A stretch of DNA of 47,108 nucleotides, from contig NMRA01000134.1 in NCBI GenBank assembly GCA_002633005.1, positions 593,925-641,032 of the forward strand, in the 5' to 3' direction. Source of the DNA: Phoronis australis (Eukaryota > Animalia > Phoronida). Made by a program: the position numbers and the translations under genes. The notes under the pieces were generated by a model that saw only the letters and a program-made list of their open reading frames with translations, was not told the origin of the DNA and did no database searches. Positions 26,475 to 37,800 of the stretch are shown piece by piece. The first letter of the stretch is position 1. Each line of letters begins with the position of its first letter.

Positions 26475-27506
26475 TTTCTCCAATAGAAAGTATGGGTTTA
26501 CTGATGACGCTTTAAGCGGCAATCGGGATGGCGACCGGAGGGTCACCGATCAGTTGAGTTCAGTGCCCAGTACTGTATAACATAAGACATACGCTAACGA
26601 GTTGTGGCGTCCGGCATCAGCTGAAAACAAAGTAATGTAACCATTTCAATACATTTCAACATAACAACCTTAGTGTATTTAATTTAGCAAAATGGTAGCC
26701 GGGAGATCATGGCTCGGCTTATCTGGAATGGTTCATCGGGAAATCTTCGTTCAAGGACTGCTCATATATGTTCAACTGTGCACTTACAAATTTGAACATT
26801 GGTCAGATACGGAGCTTAATCGACACAAACATATCACCACGTGTATCATTTGCAATTATGTCAACCTGTTGGATTGGATATATTTACGTGTCCATTTTAA
26901 TGTTGATGTTAGCGTTTATAAAAACTATAGTAAGAATTTTAAGGCTAAACAAATTCGTAGGTGGACCACTTCAACAAAACTTGTAACTATCGTTCTTTTT
27001 CAACATGCCATTCTTTTTCAAGGTCTTCGGTATTGGTGGATATCTTTAAAACAACAGTCTGATTTTTTTTATGCTGTATTAGACATAATCATGGGCATAG
27101 GCAGGAGAACTTGAAGGAAAGCGTCTTCTAGTCCTTTTGCTGGAAGATGATGCTTATAACGGCGCCAGGAGCCTACAGATATTATACATAAATGTTGAAA
27201 ATGTTTCCATTTAATGATTTATTTCAATCATGTGTCTCAGCAAAGGAAATGAAATCTTTGAACGGTGTTGACCCTCAGTGTTGGTGACTTCATTCCTCGG
27301 TCTGCGATGCAGCCACATCGTTGGCGTCAAAAGATAGGAAGTAACACCTATCACGAACTTACTGTGTTACCTGTAAGGGTATTTTCGTTCATAGTGTGTA
27401 GACTTTCCTGCAGTTGTTGTGTAACTCGATTAAAGCTTGCTGAGTAGTTTAGCTGACTTAGTAAAGAGTAAAACTTTTGTTGCTCCAAACTTTTGAAGGG
27501 TTATAG

Positions 27507-27753
27507 CATGCGCGCACCCAGCCTTCGATATGGGGGGCTCGAATTCCAGACCTTGTGGACCATTCGCTAACAAAAGAGCGGGTGGAATAAAAAAAAAACG
27601 GGAGCACCTCTGTGAATTGCGACTTTGCGCATATTTAGTGGACTTTTTACTCGGACTTTTTGTCTTTCGGGGGCGGACCTTTTTGCCCACTTCGCCAAGG
27701 GGGGAGGGGGCTCATTGGAGCCCCCGAGCCCTCCCCCCCTGGGTGCGCGCATG
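27507..27753. mobile_element. GC-rich MITE with TIR CATGCGCGCACCCAG
   Basis: Perfect 15-bp TIR, same family as 26145-26293. No TSD evident. Confidence 0.7.
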
Positions 27754-29263
27754 TATGGTGTTACATGACATTATTTTGTTTTCGGTTGGGTGGAAAGTTG
27801 TTGTTGATATCTCAGTGTTATTAATAGGCCCCACCGGGTTTAGCATCATTTTAAATAAACAGGAATTTGGTTACTTCCTGTCTGTGCACGCGGGGCGGCA
27901 GCTGCCGCCGTGGCTGTTGCAAACTATGTCCGCGTCCCGAAATCAAAACCTGACTTCTTCATATACTGTTTCTGAAAGTATGCAGAAGCCGGGATTAAAC
28001 CATCATAATAACAGAGATTGCGTAATCGCCATGCTTTGCAAGTAAACCACATGCACATTCCAGCTTTCAATCATGAGTGTCCAGTATTACGGAACGGACA
28101 TAAGAAACTCTTGAGAAAAGCTACCGTGATCTCACGCTTCTCTTGTAATGCTGTAATGCATAGGGATATCTCACGAAGACTTGCGTGATATTGTTTTTTT
28201 TTTTCAGTTTGAGAGTTTCTGCGAAGCCCCTCGCTTTCCCCACTTTATCCTATGCATTGAGGCGACATCTATTGTGAATAGGAAGCACCTGTTTGTTGTC
28301 TAGTTCATTGGTAACTTGGATTTTTTATTTCGGTTTTGTTTATAAAACTGACGTTACTGGTGGTGAATTCCAGAATTACTGACAGATTATTCTCCAGGCC
28401 ATAGTGTGGGTGTGATGTGAGCACTGATTTGATCAGTGTAGTTACTGTCGAATGACAACTAACAGGCCGGTCTCTTCGAGACGTGGGGGCGAAGTTTAAT
28501 TGACCTATTTACGGAAACCGTAAGCTAGCGCCTTAGAAATCATGTACGGTCTCAAAAGTTAAGAGGTGGATACGATGTGTAGAAATCACGTCATTTTATT
28601 TGTATTTCAATCAGCTAGAGGTCCAGTTTATTCAGATGTGAGGTACCATATCTGTCCAAAATCAGTTGCTGTCTTACAGAGCAGACGATCTCCTGCCCAG
28701 CACTAATCGGATATATGATTAATGGACCCTGATCTTGAGAACAAGGCAATCACTGAATAACGGCCACGTTGTTTAGTGGGTGAAACCGGTTCTCGAAATC
28801 ATAGTCCATTATATGCGACTAGTGCCCTCTCTTGCCTTGCTTGACCAGCGGAATGAGCAGATCAAATAGGCTTTCGAGTCCATATCGGGAGAATTTTACC
28901 ATTTTGTATTATTAGAATTCCACTGAGAAATCATAAACCTCCTGATAGTCATTTTCACATATTTTATCAATACTGAGACTTCAGTCAAGTCAACTGAGAA
29001 TTGTGCTTAATTTGCAACAAATACCACCGTCTCTACAAGTTTCCCCATGCAGTACTTACTGTAAAGACGGTGGCCACTCTATAGGCTCCCCATGATACGT
29101 TGGAAGCGTTCCAGCGAATTGGGTCTCACAATGATTAAACCATCAGTCATATTGCTATGAGTACCTCTTGTGCATAGAGGGACACTTTAGGAAGCCCCAT
29201 TATGCCGTTAACACTCTTACTAGCTCAAACAAATAATCTAATTAGAATGTGAAGTGAACCATC

Positions 29264-29781
29264 AGACCCTTTCTCGGTTAACTCTGGTATGAGTGGATGC
29301 TAGTGTCGATGTAAACTATGAAGTTAATTCAACCTCTCATATCGGCTTCAGTAGTTAACGGCATCGTAGTAAACAGTAGGTGATTTTATCATCATCAAAG
29401 TAATCGCAAGGTAGCACTGCATGATGCATCCTGTGCACGCTAAGGTGACAATGTAATTAAGAACAGTATACGTGTGATAATTAACATTAAACTTGTTTCT
29501 AAATCTAACAGTGCGTATTCAAGTAAAATAATAACAATCATTAACAACGACGCTGCCTTTGATTGTTGACGATAGCCGCGAGTAGCCCCTGGTGATAACT
29601 TGGTTGAGACTGAAGTTCGCGTACCGTTCATACTTCAGCGTCAGCGCTTCAGTGTTAAATCCGCCTGTTAACTGCGAAGTTAAATGGCGCTGTTAATTTT
29701 GATCCATTACTGCAGTTAACCATTCATACTGACCGCAACTACCAAAACATCGACGCATCGACGTTAAGTATGAAAGGGCCT
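29264..29781. mobile_element. PIF/Harbinger-like MITE, copy 2 (inverted relative to copy 1)
   Basis: cggcttcagtagttaacgg..aaacagtaggtga..aagtaatcgcaag matches the reverse complement of 12130-12290. Ends agtatgaaagggcct. Confidence 0.68.
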
Positions 29782-32157
29782 TTAGAGGCTTCAGGGGGTA
29801 TAAACTGGACAGTATTATTACTGATCTGAATGGACTTTAGTCCAGTCTCCAGGTGTGGATAATAAAATGTGATAATTCAGTGCCTCTGACCAGTGAATGG
29901 GACTACTTCCATTCATTGAATAAGAAGGTACAATGTCCGAATTTAGAATCATAGTCGTCAAATGCTTGCTTTGGGAGGTAGAATTTGTGAGATGTTGAAG
30001 TCTTGAAATACGTGGCTGTATTTTTGGTGGAGAGAGAAGCGGTGGTCTTTGTAGAGGCTCGACAACCTGGTCAAAATCTAGTCAAAACCTGGTAACCATT
30101 GGTGGGAACTAAAGTTCTATTGTCGCATTTTGGGCTCGCAGGCTTAGAATTTTGGGGACAGTCGTAAATCATGGGTGATCACATTCGTTAGGCCTGAAAT
30201 TGACATACAGTCAGTGAAAGTAGTTCTTTGTGAATCCTGCTCTTAGTCATACAACCGTCCCAGTTGGACTGTGTAGCTAAACACACCTTAATTAACAAAG
30301 GGTTTATTAGTCCTGACTGAGAAGATAATTGTTTAATAACCCCCTGTGGATCCATGAATAGATGAGCCCTGAATGGGACAATTCTTCGACTTTGGTCTCG
30401 CCCGAAAATATTTACCAACTCTCATTTGGAAATGGTTCACTTATGGAGAGAAAACTACTCAAAAGATATTACACACAACTACACACACGTGGAGAAACTT
30501 AAGCTAACCACTCAGTTAATGGCTTGAAGTAGACCCTTGTCGAGTTTCAAAACAAATCATAGCATTTTTTGTTTTTTGCTTAAGTTGAAATAAATTTCCC
30601 CACTGAGATTACTTATATGTACCTTTGTTGATGAATTGTCACTATAAGTCATTTTGAAAACATTTCTTTCACGAATAGCCGTGCTTGTAGTAATACTGAA
30701 AAGACAGTCAAATGAGCTGATTGAGAATTACAGCTACCTCCCACAAAACATCATAGCTGATTTTTGTGTAGAAAAAAGCTGGGGAATTCAAATGTGGGCT
30801 CTACAAAAAGGGTGAAAACTGAAAACAAGCGTGTTAATTCTTCAGGCAGCTCTTATCCAAATGCCGTCAGATTCAAGCACAATAAAGAATAATCGGAAGG
30901 ATTGCAGTTTTCTGTTCGTCCAGCATTGCCCACCTGCCAACTCTAGACGATCCATCTCAACTATATAATGTTACGCTCTTGCAATCAACCTATTTTCGAA
31001 CAGTCCTTCGTTCATTTGCCCATTGATGGCCTCCTTAGGTGTCTCTCTATGTGCACAAGGTACTTATAGAAACATGATGGTTAAGTCAGGGCAAGGTATT
31101 ATTCGCCGAAAAGCTTCCGGGGTATGGAGGTCCTATGGGATAGTTTAGACAGTGGTACTTTCCTGAGAGATTATAGTCTGAGCCACACTGTAGAATACCT
31201 ATCTTGAGTGATTTTGTTCATTAGGTACTGCCTATCATTTCCCAACTAACAGCTATGAATGCTTACCAGTTGGGATTATAACAGGCACTTACTACAGTGC
31301 CTGGGTTTCCGCGACCAGCTTCTTTAATTTTCCTAGGGATTAAGGAACAGAGATTGGTATCTATGACAACTGCTTCTTGTTCATGGTAACATTCTTTCCG
31401 TGGTCATTTTAGACATTGCGGACTATATTAAACTCTAGGCTCATGCTAGACTGTTAAAGGTCTTAGCCAAAATGGCTAAAGCATCTGAAAACTTAGCCAT
31501 TTTCAAAAATTATCAGCCAAAGACTTTCTCTTTTCCCAACCCCTGCAATTGATAAAAATACTTTTACTTTTTATTTTTCACGTTATGCACAGGTCCTTTT
31601 CATAAATATAGTATAAGAAAATATGTTTGCCTTAAAAAAAAGCAAATGATCAACATTCCAAGGTCATATATCTGTTAACCTAATAAGTTGGAGGGGATGT
31701 CAGCCAACATGGGTTTTATTATGACCTAAAAATTTTGGGCAGAGTCATGCAGAGTAGTGAAAAAAACTCATTTAATAACAAATTGACATTTACTTTACCT
31801 TGCTTTCGTTCGGCCACCGCCAAAATGCAAATGCGTCCTAGTCTGTCAATAACTTTTTACGTTTTTTGCAACATTTAGCAAACTGACTAGGTATGATATT
31901 GATATATTTTGATTTAAAAATATATAACAAACTCGTTCTTCCCGGCGTCGTTTGCGCTTTTTAAACCTTGAAAAGAAAACCTGTCAGTGTCAAGACTCAA
32001 ACAAAATTTGACACAAGTTATGCAATGAAAATAGGTAAATTTAGTTAGGAGAGATTCATGTAATGAATGAAATTGTGTAATTATACAAATCTGGGACATA
32101 TATTTGGCAGATGGTATTTTTGGTCAAAAAGTGAAATACGAATGAAAGCGCTCGGAG

Positions 32158-32467
32158 GAGCGACACTTGGCGAAATTAACCAAAAAGATGACGATAAAGA
32201 TGATGACGAAGATGACGAATATGACGATGGTGGTGGCGAGGATGAACAGTAGAAGTAATAATAACATTCACATGACGAACATAGAAGTCCGAAATCAGTA
32301 AGAAATAGACTAGAGTCTTGAGCGACACTTGGCGAAATTAACTGAAAAGACAACGACGGAGATGATGACGAATATGATGATGGTGGGGGCGATCATGAAC
32401 AAACATCATGACATTCATATAATGAACATAGATGTCATAAATCAGTAAGAAATAGGCTACAGTCTTG
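32158..32467. repeat. ~162-bp direct duplication containing a GAT/GAC-rich tract
   Basis: gagcgacacttggcgaaattaac occurs at 32158 and 32320. Confidence 0.85.
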
Positions 32468-33079
32468 TTCAATTGAAGCTTAACCAACATCAATGCAGTA
32501 AGAGTGCTCAGCAAAGGAACAGCGCTATCAGAAAATCTCGAATAATTCGAAAAGTAGACATCGTAGCGGAAAATGGAAAATATCTTCTGAAAGCCCGTTC
32601 AAAACTCTATCTAAATTGATAGTATCACAAAATTCCGTAAATTATTCGAAAAAATGAAATTTTGGTTTTTTTTAAGAAATTCAAAGTCAAATAACTCGAA
32701 AAAGGTAAGTCTGAGAAAAAAATTGTTACAGGTCATTTGAAAGGCTATACTTTAAAGGCGAAGGCAACCTTTTTTCACGTCATTTTTAGCAAAAATAAGG
32801 TTCGTTGATTATCCCAGACATATTTTTCACTTATTTACAGCTTTTCGTAATTTAATCAATTACTCGTCGTCTACTCCGGAAGTGACGTTTTGGGAGGCAA
32901 GAATTTTGCGCCAATTTCTTTTCATACAGTCTGACTGTGAGAGCAGTCGATTCAGTCATTGTTATACCTCGGTTGTGATAAGTTCGGTCGTCGTTTGCTT
33001 TTGTTTACGAGTCAGTCAACATGCCACGCTGTTGCTGCCTACCGAGAGGTGCTCATTGTCGTCTCACGTACAGAGGAAG

Positions 33080-33260
33080 AACTGTCCCACTTGCCCGAGT
33101 GTCCCGCGACACACTCCCAGTGTATGGTGACTTGAGCACCAAAACTGCTTACATCCCGCCGTGCGACTCCCTCGTCACACACGTGGCACCTTCTAAATAG
33201 CCCCAATACAAGTCCACAATAAACTTATCAAACTTACGCTCACTGATCTGTTCATTGGAT
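33080..33260 (-). pseudogene. Fragment resembling the N-terminal part of a Kolobok transposase
   Basis: Frameshifted ISERKFDKFIV / LGLFRRCHVCDEG..GAQVTIHWECVAGHSGKWDSS, resembling from memory the KFIV..CxxC..CxxGH..W region of such transposases. Confidence 0.55.
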
Positions 33261-33306
33261 GACGAACTGTCCTTTTCACTGGGTGCCAAACTGGGCCTGC
33301 CTCCCT

Positions 33307-33443
33307 TTCAGTAACGCTAGGACCTTGCTAAAAAGCAAGACTTCGCGAGATTACGTGAGATATTGTCGTGCATTTTAAATTAGAACACGTGACTTTGACT
33401 ACGCTTTAGCTAGGTCCTAGCGTAGATCCTAGCGTCTACTGAA
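33307..33443. mobile_element. Small MITE inserted in the Kolobok-like element
   Basis: Inverted ends ttcagtaacgctaggaccttgctaaa / tttagctaggtcctagcg..tcctagcgtctactgaa. The core resembles the reverse complement of 8625-8700. Confidence 0.5.
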
Positions 33444-33619
33444 CGCACGCCTGTATTCACTCCCACTACTCAACATTGCTGCAGGGCTGCTTACAGGCTC
33501 TGGGCAAGAGACAACAGCACATGGGGAATCACTGCTAGTTCCTGGAATTGCACACTATGGGGTACGTTCGGAGGCATGGGTGACAGTAGATGAAGTGCCT
33601 CCAGTCACTGTTTATAGTG

Positions 33620-33957
33620 GCCACAACTCGCGAGGCTTCTCGCTTCAAAAACGCACTTCTTGGGGGTGGCGACGGGGCACTGCCGGGAGTCAACAGCGAC
33701 GGTATGGAACCCTTCTTCAGGCGTTGTTTCGCAGGGATCTTCATCAATTCAGCGTACATATCTCTGTCATAATCTGATGGCTGAAAATGCTTACCACTGC
33801 TTTGTACGTTGCGTGAACGGGTAGCGCTGCGTTCTTCACACACAAACGAACTAGCCAACTACGGCGACGTGCCATCCTTCGGAAAGAGATGCAAGGTACC
33901 CAAAGCGCGCATGAGTCGATAATGAGTACATCCTGGTACACAGCAACAGTGCGGCAC
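33620..33957 (-). pseudogene. Decayed THAP domain of the Kolobok-like element
   Basis: (V)PHCCCVPGC..LHLFPKD, then RRRSWLVRL in a shifted frame, then GKHFQPSDY..RLKKGSIPSL..RSAFLKRE. This covers the THAP C2CH, P/W/F and AVP-box positions. Start codon is GTG and there is an internal stop or frameshifts. Confidence 0.8.
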
Positions 33958-34865
33958 GTTGACTGACTTGTAAACAAAAGCAAACGACAACCGAACTTAT
34001 CACATCCGAGGTAGAACAATGACTGACTTGACAGCTCTCACAGTCTGACTGTATGAAAAGAAATTGGCGCGAAATTCTTGCCTCCTAAAACGTCACTTCC
34101 GGAGTAGAGGACGAAAAATTAATTAAATTACGAAAATCTGTAATTAAGGGAAAAATATGTCTGGGATAATCAACAGACCTTATTTTTGCTAAAAGTGACA
34201 TAAAAAAAGGTTGCCTTCGCCTTTAAAGAATCCACATGCAAAAATTCACGTCATTCTCTCTTCCCGTTTAAAATGGCACTCCAGCACGACTGAAAATAGG
34301 TATTAGGTCAACATGGGCCAAATCCGTCATCTTGGAAGCAACTTCCGTTTTTTTAGATCTGAATAATAGAATGTCATAAGAAACTAACACCTGCAAAAAT
34401 TTGGAGGAATTGCCCCTATAATGCGCCTTCTACAGGAGAAAACGTTTTTTTCCCAAAATCAAGGTGCGCATGCGCGATTGCCGATATTTCCGCCCTCTTT
34501 TACCGGAAGTTAACAATTTCCGGTACACATGTAGCACGCGCCCTCTTCAATAATTGTACCGATTCTCAGCCCTGTACATACAAAATTATAGCCTCCAGGA
34601 GCATTTGAATCTTAAAATGGAAACAAAATGGCCGCCATATCCGTCATCTTGAATATGATTATGATGAAAAACAATAGGCTTCCAGGACTTCCGAAACTAC
34701 GTGTTATGTGATTATCGGACGAAAATTGCGACCTGTATCGTGCGAACAAACAAAAAAATATACTTGAAAGAATCCACATGCAAAAAATCACGTCTTTTTC
34801 TCTTCCCGTTTAAAATTGCACTCCAGTACGACTGAAAATGGGTCAACATGCGCCAGATCCGCCAT

Positions 34866-34866
34866 N
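34866..34866. other. Assembly N (probable contig join)
   Basis: Single n flanked by a ~380-bp near-duplicate (34487-34865 versus 34867-35255). Confidence 0.85.
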
Positions 34867-37800
34867 TTTCCGCCCTCTTTTATCGGAAGTTAACAATTTC
34901 CGGTACACATGTAGCACGCGCCCTCTTCAATAATTGTACCGATTCTCAGCCCTGTACATACAAAATTATAGCCTCCAGGAGCATTTGAATCTTAAAATGG
35001 AAACAAATTGCCGCCATATCCGCATTCTTGAATATGATTATGACGAAAAACAATAGGCTTCCAGGACTTCCAAAACTACTTATGTGTAAATTTTGTGATT
35101 ATCGGACGAAAATTGCGACCTGTATCGTGCGAACAAACAAAAAAATATACTTGAAAGAATCCACATGCAAAAAATGACGTCTTTTTCTCTTCCCGTTTAA
35201 AATTGCACTCCAGTACGACTGAAAATGGGTCAACATGCGCCAGATCCGCCATCTTGAAAGCAACTTCCGGTTTTTTGGCTTTGTATAATAGCATGTCATA
35301 AGAAACTAATACCTGTAAAAATTCGAAGGAAAGATTTGCAATTTGGTTTTTCTGTTTAAGTGTTTGGTGTCTGTTTCCTGAGGACTATCTTGGGCACGCA
35401 CGCTTTTCAAATATGCTGTATGAGTGTATCCTGGAGGGCTATTTTTGGAAAATTATATGATTTAGTAAAACACATTTTGTGTACATTTAAATGAAAGTAC
35501 GTAATAAAAATCTGATAATAAGCGGCATAGGCTATACAAAGTGCGTACCGCGATCTACACCCCCTGCTAAGATATCGCAATTTTTGATAAAAGTACAAAA
35601 TGTGCTTCCTAATATGGCTGCCTGACTTGCCCCAGAGTACAATAAAAATAATGGCCTCTAATAATTTGAATTCTTTTATGCTGCTAAACAATGAATATTT
35701 AACAAAGTGAACATTTCTCAATTCTCAGCCTCACCTTCTTTGTACTTACCTGACCTACACGAAAATACATAGTAGTAAACACCTACATGTGTGCGTTTCA
35801 TTTAACAATACTGCTTGCGAGTAGTGTGGACTAAAAAGATAACATTTTATGAGTAGACACTGTTTGCATTAGCGACAAGCAATAGATGAGGTGGGGCGGT
35901 GGAAAAGCTGACTTCTAAGTTTCACTGACGATCAAAATCTGCCAGTGTTTTGGCACTTCAAACTGAAGAATAAAAGAAAAAGAAAGCAATCGGAAAGAAG
36001 CAAAACAAAGTATACTGGAGTTTAAAAAATAAAATGACGAAAACAATTTTGAAACATATTCAAGGCTAACGATTGTTTGGTAAATGGCCCTTTGTCAAGA
36101 CGAGCCCAAGTTACCGTTTTTAATTATTTTGCAATATCTAAAATGTCATCAAACCCATACTTTCGACATTTCAGGCTACATTTCAGGAAATGCCGAAAGT
36201 ATGGGTTTGACTCTGTGCAAATGTCAAATAACATTAATTTCGGTGTGATCAGCCACGACTGTTGAGAAAGTAGTGCTAACCGTTACCTTTGCGCTTAAGT
36301 AGCGTGAATACCACGGCTGATAGGCATTTTAAAAGTTGTCTGTGGGCAAAGGGAATCTCAGTGGTGACCAGTGTAAGTGAGAAATTCTTGTCATGTGAAA
36401 AGGAGTTTTTAAGTTTCATTGGGTTACCTGAGCTAAGTTGTGAATGTTCGAAAATGTGTCATAAAAGTATCAGTGGGTGACCTGAGCTAAGTTGTGAATG
36501 TTTTGAAAAGGAGTCTTTAAAGTATCCACCAGTGACACCAGTTAAGTTGTAAATGTTTGAAAAGTAGTCATAAAAGTACCTGTGAGTGACCCCAGTTAAG
36601 TGTGAATGTTTGAAAATGAGTCGTCGTAAAAGTACAAATGAATGACTTGATTGAATTACATTGTGTTTGCAAAGAAGCATAAAAATACCAATGGGTGACC
36701 TGGTTGAGTTAATTGTGAGTGTTTGGAAAAAAAGCATTAAAGTACTGATGATTGCCTGAGTTTTGCCGCTGAACCATGAACTATAACTATTTACGGTGGG
36801 AATTTTGTTTAATTTCAGTGATTCAAGTTAAGAGTAATGTATCCAGTCTTTATCTTTCACTAGTCACACAAGTGTTCTTAGTAGCAGTATTATTTTGTCA
36901 AGAAGTCCATTCTTTTCTCTTGAGCTACATTTCTTGTGCATCACAGTGCTTTTCTTACCAACATATTTCTTTTCTCATGAACCATATTTTTTCACCCTGT
37001 GACAGGAAGCATGAGCAACATGAACTTCGATTACAGTTTCAAATTTGTCTGCGTTTGTTATAACTGGGTGCAATAATTATTGTGGATCTTGAGCGAACAT
37101 TAGTGGCCTTGTAAAAGGAATTGCAGTACGTGAGAAGAGAGACATATTTGTCACAGAAAACAGCAGTTGCTGAAATAATTTGAAACATTTTTGTATTGAA
37201 TGTCTAACTCATTGTTAATGTATCTGAAATCAAGTACACAAAGGCATTAAACTGAAAATATTCTATAATTTTGAAATTTTTAGTGCAGTCAGAAACATAT
37301 ATCTCAAAGCTTTAGTCAAATGTGAGTTACGGAATTTTTTAAGGACATCAATGTTTTGTAGTGTTTGGAGTGTCGCTATTGATTCAATGACTGACAAGTC
37401 ACATGAATTATCTGTAAACAGAAACTGAATATAGGTCACCTCAGGTCAGAGACCTTATGTTTTAGATTGCTGCTGGAAGTCCACGAGGCATTAGAGTGTT
37501 TGCCTTGTCATGGCGTATGTTCAGCCGTCTGAGTTAACCACTGGGTACGTATACAAAAGATTGAAAATGATACTGACCAAAAAACGTTTTCCTGAACAGA
37601 AAACAGTTGTGGCTAGTTAACTGGTTTGACCTATCTTGTCCTCGGAGTTCTTCCTGACCAAGTAAGTTGTCTTTGTTTGCACTGTACACCTGCTGTTTGA
37701 TGTCCAGCTGCTTTGATAAGTCAAGTCCACTTTCTACAATTACCTGTTTTGGTTGCTGATGCAGTGGCTTGTGTGAGCTCCTGAAACATTTTGTAATATA

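Larger units (their letters stand above)
32756..34222 (-). mobile_element. Non-autonomous Kolobok-like DNA transposon with THAP and transposase remnants
   Basis: TTAA|AGGCGAAGGCAACC ... GGTTGCCTTCGCCT|TTAA, with imperfect TIRs of ~310 bp. TTAA TSD with RR..YY termini fits Kolobok. Removing it restores ctatactttaaagaatccacatg, close to the uninterrupted host repeat at 35146. Confidence 0.85.
32495..35390. repeat. Modular interspersed repeat, possibly Helentron/HINE-like; host of the Kolobok insertion and start of the array
   Basis: The module aagaatccacatgcaaaaa..acgactgaaaat..catcttg recurs at ~34227, ~34768 and ~35155, together with aaaattgcgacctgtatcgtgcgaacaaac motifs. Class and boundaries are uncertain. 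Confidence 0.4.

Noticed and set aside
27530-28045. Longest ORF in the track (171 aa)
   Set aside because: Starts in a GC-rich MITE, has no recognisable domain and no splice support.
29905-29990. Minus-strand FLFNE as the missing RUVBL2 last exon
   Set aside because: The upstream residues (KFYLPKQAFDDYDSKFGHCT) do not match RVYSLFLDESRS, so this is a chance match.
32067-32353. Acidic and Ser-rich ORFs
   Set aside because: Derived from a GAT/GAC low-complexity tract within a 162-bp duplication.
34487-35255. ~380-bp tandem duplication as a biological unit
   Set aside because: It straddles the N at 34866, so it is most simply explained as overlapping contig ends from different copies or haplotypes.
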